A DNA stretch of 64,000 nt from Syntrophales bacterium (GTDB lineage: Bacteria; Desulfobacterota; Syntrophia; Syntrophales; UBA5619), in NCBI GenBank assembly GCA_023229765.1, contig JALNYO010000001.1, positions 322,993 through 386,992 of the forward strand. Reading direction: 5' to 3'. Under the pieces are notes generated by a model. The model was not told the DNA's origin. It was given only the letters and a program-made list of their open reading frames with translations, and searched no databases. Shown here one piece after another: positions 55,774 through 64,000 of this stretch (its first letter is position 1; every line of letters starts with the position of its first letter). A program made the translations under genes and the position numbers.

Positions 55774-56726
55774 ACAAAGAGTTTTATCGTCCTATTTCTC
55801 CAGCGGGAAGATGGGGCGCCCTTGCCTTTTTTCTGCTTTTATTTATCATCATTTCCTGTTCAGGGTTGCCCTTTAAGGAAGCCGGACCGAGTGGGGTTTA
55901 TCACCGGGTAAAAAGCGGGGAGACACTCTCTGCCATTGCCAAAGCTTACCACACCGATCTGCAGAGTCTGGCCGAGATTAACAATATAACCAATCCTTCC
56001 CTGATCGAGAAGGACAGCGTGATCTTTATCCCCCATGCACAAATGGTTATCGACGAAATAGAAATTATCGCCAGAGCTAAAAAAACAAAGACAAAAAGCA
56101 CCGTAAAGGAACCCGTCCTTGAAAAGAGAACCTTCCCCACTGGCCAAGTTGTTCAAGATCCCCGGAAAAAATCGGACGTTGCCCAAAAAAATCGGAAAAA
56201 TGTTTCAGACGACCTTCTGAAGGAAGAGACCATATACCCCTCCCAGGAGACCGCCAGGAAAAGCGCCGCGGGAAGTCCTGAAGAAAAAATCACATTGTGG
56301 AAACCCGAGAAAGCGGCGGGTAAAAATGAAAAACAGGAGCAGGTGCGTTTTAATAAAAACATTTTCATTTGGCCGGTTAAAGGAAAGGTTGTCTCTTTTT
56401 TTGGCGTACAGCCCAACCGAATGGTTTTCAACGGGATTCGGATTGCGGCCCCTGAAGGCGCCGTTGTTGTTGCAGCCGGGGATGGCGTTGTCATCCATTC
56501 GGACCCTTTAAAATATTATGGCGAGACAATAATCATCCAGCATGCGGATGATTATGCATCTGTTTATGCCAATCTGGGCGTCCGTATCGCCGGTTTAAAC
56601 GAGCGGGTGAAAAAGGGCGACAGGATTGGTTTTATCGGCAGCGACTCCAGAACGGGGGAGGCAACTCTCCATTTTGAGATCAGAAATAAAAATAAGGCCA
56701 GAAATCCCCTTTTTTTCCTTCCCTGA
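55761..56726 (+). CDS. nlpD: LysM plus M23 peptidase lipoprotein (NlpD-like)
   Basis: LysM YHRVKSGETLSAIAKAYHTDLQSLAEIN. M23 GIRIAAPEGAVVVAAGDGVV...IIQHADDYASVYANL...LHFEIR. The ORF is open from 55722. Confidence 0.85.
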   Translation: MEKLNKEFYRPISPAGRWGALAFFLLLFIIISCSGLPFKEAGPSGVYHRVKSGETLSAIAKAYHTDLQSLAEINNITNPSLIEKDSVIFIPHAQMVIDEIEIIARAKKTKTKSTVKEPVLEKRTFPTGQVVQDPRKKSDVAQKNRKNVSDDLLKEETIYPSQETARKSAAGSPEEKITLWKPEKAAGKNEKQEQVRFNKNIFIWPVKGKVVSFFGVQPNRMVFNGIRIAAPEGAVVVAAGDGVVIHSDPLKYYGETIIIQHADDYASVYANLGVRIAGLNERVKKGDRIGFIGSDSRTGEATLHFEIRNKNKARNPLFFLP

Positions 56727-56770
56727 AAACGGAGTTTAGTGTTCATAAAGCGGAGCTTAGTGTTCATAAA
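56726..56770 (+). repeat. Two tandem 21-nt units starting at the nlpD-like stop codon
   Basis: AAAACGGAGTTTAGTGTTCATAAAGCGGAGCTTAGTGTTCATAAA. Confidence 0.85.
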
Positions 56771-56921
56771 ACGAAAAAGCCTTGTCGGACATATAAAAAA
56801 CTGGTTTCCGGCAAGTGGAGTTCATAACCCGCAAGCTTCTCGAAACATCGCGAATCGCATTGACTATTCTTGAAAAATCTGATATCATCGCTATCCAAAA
56901 CTAAACACTATAGGTGTAAAA

Positions 56922-57407
56922 ATGTTCAATGTTGGCGATTTAGCGGTATATCCAGCGCAGGGAGTGGGAATCATCGAGGCAATTGAAAACAGGGAAGTTG
57001 GAGGCGCCAGGCAGAAGTTCTACATAATGAAAATTATGAGCAATGGGATGAAAATCATGATCCCCCTGGATGGCGCCCAGACTGCCGGTTTGCGCAAGGT
57101 GATCAAGGAAAAGGAGATCCCCAAGATATACGAGATTCTGAAAAACAGGGATTTTACGATTGACAAGCAGACGTGGAACAAAAGATACAGGGAATATCTG
57201 GAAAAGATAAAAACGGGCTCGGTATTTGAGATAGCCAGGGTTCTGCGGGATCTTTGCGTTCTTAAAATCGACAAGAACCTCTCTTTTGGCGAGCGGAAGA
57301 TGATGGATACGGCCAAGGGGCTCCTCGTCAAGGAGATTTCCGTTGCGACCAATGCCGAGGAGGCGAAGATCGAAGAGGATATCAATACGATCTTTACCGT
57401 GCAGTGA
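56922..57407 (+). CDS. carD: CarD/CdnL-family transcriptional regulator
   Basis: MFNVGDLAVYPAQGVGIIEAIE...FYIMKI... is the RNAP-interacting Tudor-like N-terminus. Confidence 0.9.
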   Translation: MFNVGDLAVYPAQGVGIIEAIENREVGGARQKFYIMKIMSNGMKIMIPLDGAQTAGLRKVIKEKEIPKIYEILKNRDFTIDKQTWNKRYREYLEKIKTGSVFEIARVLRDLCVLKIDKNLSFGERKMMDTAKGLLVKEISVATNAEEAKIEEDINTIFTVQ

Positions 57408-57502
57408 AGTTTTATCTCGCCTGTTAGGGGGAAGGAGTTTTTGCAGATGAAGGGGGGTGAATAGAACTGATTGTAAAGGCGATACTGATTATTTTATGTT
57501 CC

Positions 57503-58468
57503 TTGAGCGGTTATTTCATCGCCTATCACAGCTATTACGACTGGTGGAAATGGATCGTCGGCGTTGTTGTCGGGGCGCTGGCGGCAGTGCTGGTAATCCA
57601 GATCGAGAAGATTGCCCGCCGGGTTTCATTGCGGGTTATCCTCGGCGGCGTTGTCGGGATGCTGATTGGTCTTTTAATTGCTTTTTTACTTGCCTATGGT
57701 TTGAATTTCGTCAGCAATATTATGGAGAACCGCCAGGTTGTCCCCTGGATTTATACGCTTCTTACCGCGGCATTGGGTTATATGGGGCTGGTTCTCGGCT
57801 CGCAGAAGGTCGAGGAAGTCAGCATGTTCGGCTGGGGGCCCGCTCGGGAAATCAGTGATTATCGGATACTGGATACCAGCGTTATCATCGATGGACGGAT
57901 TGCCGATATTGCGGATACCGGTTTTCTGGAAGGCAATCTGATTGTTCCCCGCTTTGTGCTCGATGAACTCCAGTATGTTGCCGATTCCGCCGATTCCCTC
58001 AAAAGGGCGCGCGGCCGGCGAGGGCTCGATATCCTCAACCGGATGCAGCGCAGCAATGGGATTTTTATTGATGTCGTAGATCATGATTTTCCGAAGATCA
58101 AAGGCGTTGATTCGAAACTTGTTGCCCTGGCGAAAAAGACGAATGGCCGGATTATTACCAATGATTTTAACCTCAACAAGGTCGCCGAGCTGCAGGGGAT
58201 CAGGATTCTCAATGTAAACGAACTGGCCAATGCCCTGAAGCCGGTTGTTCTGCCGGGAGAACTGATGACGGTGAAAATAATCAAGGACGGCAAGGAACCG
58301 GGGCAGGGGGTTGCGTACTTGGAAGACGGCACCATGATCATTGTTGATAACGCGCAGCGCTACCAGGGAGAGAATGTCGAGGCCCTGGTAACCAGTGTTT
58401 TGCAGACAACCGCCGGACGGATGATTTTTTCCGAAATGAAGACGGCGGCAAACGATAAAAAATCTTGA
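57503..58468 (+). CDS. PIN/TRAM-domain membrane-associated protein (YacL-like)
   Basis: N-terminal TM helices, [15 protein letters not shown]...[10 protein letters not shown], and a C-terminal TRAM-like domain. The start is uncertain; the frame is open upstream without a canonical start codon. Confidence 0.8.
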   Translation: MSGYFIAYHSYYDWWKWIVGVVVGALAAVLVIQIEKIARRVSLRVILGGVVGMLIGLLIAFLLAYGLNFVSNIMENRQVVPWIYTLLTAALGYMGLVLGSQKVEEVSMFGWGPAREISDYRILDTSVIIDGRIADIADTGFLEGNLIVPRFVLDELQYVADSADSLKRARGRRGLDILNRMQRSNGIFIDVVDHDFPKIKGVDSKLVALAKKTNGRIITNDFNLNKVAELQGIRILNVNELANALKPVVLPGELMTVKIIKDGKEPGQGVAYLEDGTMIIVDNAQRYQGENVEALVTSVLQTTAGRMIFSEMKTAANDKKS

Positions 58469-58543
58469 AATATATTAAAAAACACTATTGCCATTCGGAA
58501 CGGAACCGGAGTCATTTCGGGTCAGGGGATTGGGGTGGATGGC

Positions 58544-58592
58544 GAAAACGAAGTTTAATGTTCACAAATCGAAGATCAATGTTCATAAAGCG
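58544..58592 (+). repeat. Two tandem 21-nt units upstream of ispD
   Basis: GAAAACGAAGTTTAATGTTCACAAATCGAAGATCAATGTTCATAAAGCG. Confidence 0.85.
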
Positions 58593-58631
58593 CGTATTTG
58601 CCATTCGCCGTTCGTTTCCCAGGTCTGCGGC

Positions 58632-59369
58632 ATGAAAACGAAGTTTAATGTTCATAAAACAGTGGCGATAATACCCGCCGGGGGAACGGGAAGGAGAATG
58701 GGCGGCAGCATCTCCAAACAGTACCTGCTCCTTTCCGGGAAACCGGTTCTTGTTCGCGCCTTACAGCCATTTCAGGATTCACCATTAATAGATGAAATAA
58801 TGCTCGCCGTTCCGGAGGAAGATGTTGTGCAGGTGCGGGAAAACATTGTTGAAAGATACTTCCTGTCGAAGCTTAACCGCGTTGTTGCCGGGGGAAAAGA
58901 ACGACAGGATTCCATCAGAAATGCGCTTGCCTGTATTGCCGATGAAACGGAGATCATTGTCATTCACGATGGAGTCCGTCCGCTTGTTACGACTGAGCTG
59001 ATTGAGATGGCAATCGAACGTGCGGGAAAGTTGGGCGCTGTTGCGACGGGCATTGGCATCCGGGATACGGTGAAACGGGTCGATAAAACAGGAAAAATCG
59101 AAGAGACAGTGCTTAGGGACGGTTTGTGGCTGACGCAAACTCCCCAGGCCTTTAAGCGGGACATTCTTCTCGCCGCTTACCGCGTGGCGGAGGAAACGGG
59201 ATTTTACGGTACCGACGACGCCTCGCTCGTCGAGAAGGCCGGAATACCCGTCTGGATGATTCCCGGCGACAGGGAAAATCTCAAGGTGACGACGCAAGAG
59301 GACATGATGATCTGCGCAAGGATCCTGCAGTACCGAGAAAAAGACTTGAGTGATATCAGGCGGATCTGA
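58632..59369 (+). CDS. ispD: 2-C-methyl-D-erythritol 4-phosphate cytidylyltransferase
   Basis: VAIIPAGGTGRRMG...KQYL, VIHDGVRP, TQTPQAF. ATG 58632 lies inside a 21-nt unit; an alternative GTG start is at 58662. Confidence 0.9.
   Translation: MKTKFNVHKTVAIIPAGGTGRRMGGSISKQYLLLSGKPVLVRALQPFQDSPLIDEIMLAVPEEDVVQVRENIVERYFLSKLNRVVAGGKERQDSIRNALACIADETEIIVIHDGVRPLVTTELIEMAIERAGKLGAVATGIGIRDTVKRVDKTGKIEETVLRDGLWLTQTPQAFKRDILLAAYRVAEETGFYGTDDASLVEKAGIPVWMIPGDRENLKVTTQEDMMICARILQYREKDLSDIRRI
58634..58660 (+). repeat. Single 21-nt unit forming the first codons of ispD
   Basis: GAAAACGAAGTTTAATGTTCATAAAAC, translated as KTKFNVHK. Confidence 0.85.
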
Positions 59370-59842
59370 TGAAAACCGGTTTCGGATATGACAGCCACCG
59401 CCTTACGGCTGGACGCAGACTTATCCTGGGGGGGGTGGAGATTCCCCATGAAAAGGGGCTTGCCGGCCATTCGGATGCCGATGTTCTTGTTCACGCCGTT
59501 TGCGATGCGCTAATTGGCGCCCTGGCCATTGGCGACATCGGCAGGCTTTTCCCCGATGATGACCGCGCCTTCAAGGATATTTCCAGTCTGATTTTGTTGA
59601 AGCGGGTCGGGACGCTGGTTTCTGAACATGGTTATCAGGTGCGCAATATCGATGCGACGATCGTTCTGGAGAAGCCAAAATTGGCCGGCTATCTGCCCGT
59701 GATGGCGCAAAATATTGCCGACGTTCTGGCGATCTCCGGGTCTGCTGTAAGCGTCAAGGCCAAAACAAATGAAGGAATGGGCATGATCGGCGCAGGAGAA
59801 GGGGCCGCGGCATTTGCCGTTATCTTGATCGAAGAAGCCTGA
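59369..59842 (+). CDS. ispF: 2-C-methyl-D-erythritol 2,4-cyclodiphosphate synthase
   Basis: GFGYDSHRL...GHSDADVLVHA..DA..GA...GDIG. Confidence 0.95.
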   Translation: MKTGFGYDSHRLTAGRRLILGGVEIPHEKGLAGHSDADVLVHAVCDALIGALAIGDIGRLFPDDDRAFKDISSLILLKRVGTLVSEHGYQVRNIDATIVLEKPKLAGYLPVMAQNIADVLAISGSAVSVKAKTNEGMGMIGAGEGAAAFAVILIEEA

Positions 59843-59930
59843 CGGCAGCCGGAAACTGAAAAAGGGTTTTCCCCGATATTTCAGCAGGGCAGGGGACGAT
59901 TATAACGCAGGAACTGACTAAGGAGGCATC

Positions 59931-61118
59931 ATGAAATTCATAGACGAATTAGACATTCATGAAAAAAAGGTGTTGTTCCGCTTCGATTTTAACGTTCCCT
60001 TGGACAGTTCTCAAAACATTACCGACGATATCCGCATCCGGTCGGCCCTCCCCTCGATAAATTACGCCCTCGATGAAAAGGCCAGGGTGATTATCGTTTC
60101 GCATCTTGGCCGTCCCAAGGGAAAGGTTGTGCCGGAGATGAGTCTGGCCCCGGTGGCGAAACGCCTCTCGCGGCTTCTGGGTAAGGATGTCCAGTTTGCC
60201 CCGGATTGCATTGGTGAGGATGTCCGCCGGAGGGTGGATGCCTTGCAAGCCGGCGACGTGCTGCTTTTGGAAAACCTGAGATTTCATAAAGAGGAAGAGA
60301 AAAACGACGAGGCATTCGCCGCCGAACTGGGCGGTCTTGCTGATATTTATATTGACGACGCTTTCGGCAACGCCCATCGTGCGCATGCCTCCAACGTCGG
60401 CATTACCCGGTTTGTGAAGGTGCGCGGCGCAGGGTTTCTGATCAAAAAGGAGCTCGAATATCTTGGCGGGGCGCTGGAAAAGCCGGCCCGGCCGTTTGTT
60501 GCGATTGTCGGCGGCTCCAAGATCTCCGGAAAGCTGGAGGCCGTTGCCAACCTGATTCGGAAGGTTGATAAGATCATCCTGGGCGGGGGCATGGCCTTTA
60601 CGTTTTTGAAGGCCCTTGGCTACGGCATCGGTAAATCCGTTGTGGAGGATGAGCTGATCGGCAGGGCTGCCGAGGTGATGAAGGCGGTAAAGGAACTGGG
60701 TGTAAAGCTCTATCTGCCGGTTGACTGCGTGATCGCCGAAAGCAGGGAAGCGGGCGCCCAGATCAAAGTAGTGCCTGTTCAGGAGATTACTCCGGGCTGG
60801 ATGGGGCTGGATATTGGCCCTGCAACGGTAACCCTCTTTGCCGAGGCGTTGGAAAATGCCAAGACGATACTCTGGAACGGGCCGATGGGCGTCTTTGAGA
60901 TACCGGCCTTCAGCCACGGCACAACAGCGATGGCAAGAACTCTCGCGAACTCTGCGGCGGTAACGATTGTGGGCGGCGGCGATACGGACGTGGCCATCCA
61001 GCAGGCTGGTGAAAGCGACAAGATTACCTATATTTCAACCGGCGGCGGCGCCTCGCTGGAACTTCTTGAGGGCAAGGTATTGCCGGGGGTGGCCGCTTTG
61101 GAGCAGGACGGCCAATAG
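59931..61118 (+). CDS. pgk: Phosphoglycerate kinase
   Basis: RFDFNVPL, SHLGRPKG, GGAKVSDK-like GGSKISGK, STGGGASLE. Confidence 0.95.
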   Translation: MKFIDELDIHEKKVLFRFDFNVPLDSSQNITDDIRIRSALPSINYALDEKARVIIVSHLGRPKGKVVPEMSLAPVAKRLSRLLGKDVQFAPDCIGEDVRRRVDALQAGDVLLLENLRFHKEEEKNDEAFAAELGGLADIYIDDAFGNAHRAHASNVGITRFVKVRGAGFLIKKELEYLGGALEKPARPFVAIVGGSKISGKLEAVANLIRKVDKIILGGGMAFTFLKALGYGIGKSVVEDELIGRAAEVMKAVKELGVKLYLPVDCVIAESREAGAQIKVVPVQEITPGWMGLDIGPATVTLFAEALENAKTILWNGPMGVFEIPAFSHGTTAMARTLANSAAVTIVGGGDTDVAIQQAGESDKITYISTGGGASLELLEGKVLPGVAALEQDGQ

Positions 61119-61151
61119 GCGTAACGAACAAGACGAGAGAGTTCGATATAT

Positions 61152-61913
61152 TTGGATTCGCAGGTTAAAGACGGCAGGAGAAACATCCGGCTGACAGTCG
61201 AATATGATGGCACTGATTATTGCGGCTGGCAGTGGCAGAAAAACGGGCTTTCCCTTCAGCAGGTTATCGAGGAGGCAATCGGCCGGATAACCGGGGAAAA
61301 AATCAGGATCAACGGCTCGGGGAGGACGGACAGCGGGGTACATGCCTTGGGCCAGGTTGCCAATTTTCATACAAATTCAATACTTCCGGAAAGGAGCCTC
61401 CTGCTGGGGATCAACAGTCTGCTGCCGCCGGATATCGCCGTCCGCGAGCTGGAGGAGGCCGACCCGGAGTTTCACGCCCGGTTTTCCGTAAAGAGCAAGG
61501 TTTATCTGTATTATATCTGCAACCGTCCGGTCCGTCCGGTCCGGGAAAGGCGTTACTCCTGGTTTATCTGGGAGCCTCTTCGTGTCGAGAAGATGCGGGA
61601 GGCTCTAACTGTTTTTCAGGGAAGGCATGATTTTACCTCGTTTTGTTCAACCCATACCGACAGCGCCGATCACGTGCGCACGATTCTTGGCGCGACTCTG
61701 GAAAAAGACGCCGGGGAGATGATAACGATCTCGATTGAGGCGGATGGGTTTTTGCGCTACATGGTGCGGACGCTCGTTGGCACGCTTGCTTATGCGGGGC
61801 TGGGAAAATGCACGCAAGCGGAGGTGTCCGCGATTCTTGAGGCAAAAGACAGGCGCAAGGCCAAACTGACCGCGCCGCCGCAGGGATTGTTTCTCAAACA
61901 GGTGAATTATTGA
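61152..61913 (+). CDS. truA: tRNA pseudouridine(38-40) synthase
   Basis: IRLTVEYDGTDYCGWQWQ, GSGRTDSGVHALGQV. Confidence 0.9.
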   Translation: MDSQVKDGRRNIRLTVEYDGTDYCGWQWQKNGLSLQQVIEEAIGRITGEKIRINGSGRTDSGVHALGQVANFHTNSILPERSLLLGINSLLPPDIAVRELEEADPEFHARFSVKSKVYLYYICNRPVRPVRERRYSWFIWEPLRVEKMREALTVFQGRHDFTSFCSTHTDSADHVRTILGATLEKDAGEMITISIEADGFLRYMVRTLVGTLAYAGLGKCTQAEVSAILEAKDRRKAKLTAPPQGLFLKQVNY

Positions 61914-62779
61914 TGAAGATACTGATTTTGGGCGCGAAGGGGATGCTGGGATGCGATCTGCTCAGGCAGCTTGCAGGGTCGCACCAGGCAACCGGGTTGG
62001 ATTCAGCCGAGTGCGATATTGCTTCGCTTGAAGATTGCCGGCGCGCCGTTGCGGAATATGCCCCGGATGTTGTCGTCGACGCCGCCGCCTATACGGATGT
62101 TGACGGCTGCGAAACAAAGCGGGAGGCATGCTTTGCCGTTAATGCCGAAGGTGTGAAAAACATCGCTCTGGCCTGCCGGGGCACGGGGGCGCTGGTCGTT
62201 CATTTCAGCACCGACTACGTGTTTGACGGCAGCGCCGATGCGCCCTATCTTGAAGATGATACCCCGGCCCCGATCAATGTTTACGGTTCTTCCAAACTGC
62301 AGGGAGAGCGGTATCTTGAGGAATTTGCCGACCGCTGGCTGCTTATTCGCACGTCCTGGCTTTACGGTCCTTGCGGCCGGAACTTTGTCAAGGCCATTCT
62401 GGCGAAGGCTGAAACCGTGAGTATCCTGGAGGTGGTAAACGATCAGATCGGCTCTCCCACCTTTACCCGCGATTTTGCCTCTGCTGCGGGTGTTTTGATA
62501 GAGGGTATGAAGACGGGCGTCTATCACCTGACCAACCGCGGCCAGTGCAGTTGGTACGAATTTGCGTGCAAAATATTGAAATGCGTTGGGAAAACCGACG
62601 TCGTTGTCCGGCCGATCAGCTCCGATATGCTGAAGAGGGCGGCCTCCCGCCCCTCCTGGAGCGTACTTTCAACGGACAAGTTTACAAAAGATACCGGCCT
62701 GGAGATGAGACATTGGGAGGTTGCGCTCAGGGATTATCTGACGCAGACCGGCGCGCTTAAAGCTGGTATGACTGATTGA
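61910..62779 (+). CDS. rfbD: dTDP-4-dehydrorhamnose reductase
   Basis: MKILILGAKGMLG, AAYTDVD.CE, STDYVFDG, YG.SK..GE. Confidence 0.9.
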   Translation: MMKILILGAKGMLGCDLLRQLAGSHQATGLDSAECDIASLEDCRRAVAEYAPDVVVDAAAYTDVDGCETKREACFAVNAEGVKNIALACRGTGALVVHFSTDYVFDGSADAPYLEDDTPAPINVYGSSKLQGERYLEEFADRWLLIRTSWLYGPCGRNFVKAILAKAETVSILEVVNDQIGSPTFTRDFASAAGVLIEGMKTGVYHLTNRGQCSWYEFACKILKCVGKTDVVVRPISSDMLKRAASRPSWSVLSTDKFTKDTGLEMRHWEVALRDYLTQTGALKAGMTD

Positions 62780-62789
62780 GGGCACGAAA

Positions 62790-63551
62790 ATGGTTTACGC
62801 GGTTCCCGATGGCGGCTTTGTTCGTTCCTGGATAATTGCGACCGAGGATGGTCTGATTGTTGTGGATCCGGGCAGCGTCGGTGTTGCCGAATCGGTAAAG
62901 GCTTTCATTCGCGGGAAGCCGGGCTGGAAAATGGGAGACGTCCGAGGGATTGTTGCCACCCATTTCCACATCGACCACATAGGCGGAATCGGGCGGCTGC
63001 TGCGGGCCTGCCCAGAAGAAACGGTTGTGTTTTTTCACTGGCGCATCCAGGATTACCTGACCGGCGAGCGAGATTTGCCCCGTCTGCAGAACTGGTCATC
63101 TGAATTCCTGCCGGTTGCCCTGAAAAGCCTCCGGCTTTGCCGACACCCGCTCCAGCTTGTCGTGGAAAGCCTTGCCGGCATTCCGCTTTGGGGATTCGGG
63201 AACCGTTTTCGCCTGCCGATTCCGCTCGAAAAAATTTACTGGCTTTGCGGGGAGGAACTGAAGCGCTGCGCGCTTGGGTTCGGAGACTGGGAAGTAATTG
63301 AAACGCCCGGCCATACCGCCGATTCCCTTTCCCTGTACAGCGAATCATCCCGAGAGCTTATCTGCGGCGACCTTATCTTGAATATGGACAACGACGGCGG
63401 CCATCTCAATGCCTTTTGTGAAAACGTGGAGGAGACGGAGGAGACATTCATCTCTCTCTCCGCCTCCATCCAGCCCCGGACCATTTACCCCGCGCACGGG
63501 GAGGAAATTCATCACGGAACCAACGCCCTGCTTCTGGTAAAAACTGGTTAA
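62790..63551 (+). CDS. MBL-fold metallo-hydrolase
   Basis: THFHIDHIGG (HxHxDH) and TPGHTADS. Confidence 0.75.
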   Translation: MVYAVPDGGFVRSWIIATEDGLIVVDPGSVGVAESVKAFIRGKPGWKMGDVRGIVATHFHIDHIGGIGRLLRACPEETVVFFHWRIQDYLTGERDLPRLQNWSSEFLPVALKSLRLCRHPLQLVVESLAGIPLWGFGNRFRLPIPLEKIYWLCGEELKRCALGFGDWEVIETPGHTADSLSLYSESSRELICGDLILNMDNDGGHLNAFCENVEETEETFISLSASIQPRTIYPAHGEEIHHGTNALLLVKTG

Positions 63552-63669
63552 ACAGGGTAGTGCTGATATTTTGCCACCGGTGACCGCCGGGATTTTGCCG
63601 TCTGTTCGGCCATGTTTTGCACGGGGTAAAAATTATGACGCCGGCGGATGCCTTTGACGAGGTGCTAAA

Positions 63670-64000
63670 TTGTCTAATAAAATAATAGTTCTGCCGGAGA
63701 CCTTGACCCACCGGATTGCGGCGGGCGAGGTGATCGAGCGGCCGGCTTCGATTGTCAAAGAACTCGTCGAAAATTCCCTTGACGCCGGGGCGACTGATCT
63801 GGCGGTGGAGCTCGAGAAGGGGGGAACTCAGTCGATTCGCGTGACGGACAACGGGGAGGGGATGGGGCCGGACGATATCCTTTTGGCCTTTTCCCGACAC
63901 GCCACAAGCAAGATCACCCAATTCGACGATTTGTACAGCGTGCGCTCCTTCGGGTTCCGGGGCGAAGCCCTGCCGAGCATTGCCTCGATCGCCCGCGTGG
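63670..64000 (+). CDS. mutL: DNA mismatch repair protein MutL, 5' part (continues beyond the window)
   Basis: Translated by hand from TTG 63670: [41 protein letters not shown]...VTDNGEGM...RHATSKI...[13 protein letters not shown]. Confidence 0.9.
   Translation, partial: MSNKIIVLPETLTHRIAAGEVIERPASIVKELVENSLDAGATDLAVELEKGGTQSIRVTDNGEGMGPDDILLAFSRHATSKITQFDDLYSVRSFGFRGEALPSIASIARV

Noticed and set aside
58488-58631. Upstream extension of the ispD ORF (MPFGTEPESFRVRGLGWMAKTKFNVHKSKINVHKARICHSPFVSQVCG)
   Set aside because: It consists largely of translated repeat units and has no similarity to IspD. The conserved N-terminus starts just after 58660.
51788-58660. Possibility that the 21-nt repeats are a CRISPR array
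   Set aside because: The units are directly tandem or solitary, with no unique spacers of regular length. Some lie within coding sequence, and no cas genes are present.
59949-60917. 322-aa minus-strand ORF inside pgk, and similar long antisense ORFs at 40002..41027, 36619..37482 and 3078..3884
   Set aside because: All are antisense to genes with clear family signatures. Their compositions are typical of non-coding frames.

Overview
This is a 64-kb chromosomal window from a moderately GC-rich, Gram-negative-type anaerobe. The Desulfobacterota/Syntrophia-like assignment rests on gene content only and is inference. I could not recognise any rRNA, tRNA or CRISPR array.

Gene content, left to right:
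- **Surface-sugar locus, 1-4.2 kb (minus strand).** A CDP-deoxyhexose locus (rfbG, rfbH) interrupted by two toxin-antitoxin cassettes. One PemK/MazF-like toxin domain is fused in frame to RfbH. A truncated WbpB-like oxidoreductase remnant is also present.
- **TPR gene, 4.4-5.6 kb.** It is bracketed by two copies of a roughly 150-175 bp MITE-like element.
- **c-di-GMP/motility module, 5.6-9.4 kb.** A sigma-28-type promoter with a small ORF, a REC-GAF-HD-GYP protein, a DUF3391-HD-GYP protein and a YcgR-like PilZ protein.
- **9.5-18.7 kb.** SDR, NUDIX, a LivJ-type binding protein carrying an in-frame TAG, a large hybrid histidine kinase, and ppdK.
- **18.7-27.4 kb.** A third MITE copy, LemA, a heptanucleotide array, a nucleotidyltransferase-like gene, a TPM-domain gene, and an RND efflux operon (TolC, MFP, RND, small PII-like protein).
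- **28.4-34.7 kb.** An amino-acid ABC transporter and a TRAP transporter.
- **34.7-42.8 kb (minus strand).** An eight-gene operon: GntR, HMG-CoA-lyase-like, class III CoA-transferase, ICL/PEP-mutase-family, TRAP M-P-Q, and a tartrate/D-malate-dehydrogenase-family gene.
- **43-64 kb.** GGDEF plus a FlhG/MinD-like ATPase, then housekeeping genes: era, a radical SAM gene, rnc, mtaB, an amidohydrolase, NIL-ferredoxin, an esterase, DUF1015, a methyltransferase, DUF721, MoaE-like, pcm, nlpD-like, carD, yacL-like, ispD, ispF, pgk, truA, rfbD, an MBL hydrolase and the mutL 5' end.

The most unusual signals:
1. A 21-nt repeat unit (AAAGCGAAGCTTAATGTTCATAA and variants) is present about 20 times. It occurs solo, in tandem and inside the MITEs, and is inserted in frame at two places in the DUF1015 gene and at the ispD start.
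2. The MITE family has about 30-bp terminal inverted repeats and clean 4-bp target-site duplications.
3. The PemK-RfbH fusion has its own antitoxin-like gene.
4. A 16-unit AACCGNN heptamer array lies upstream of lemA.
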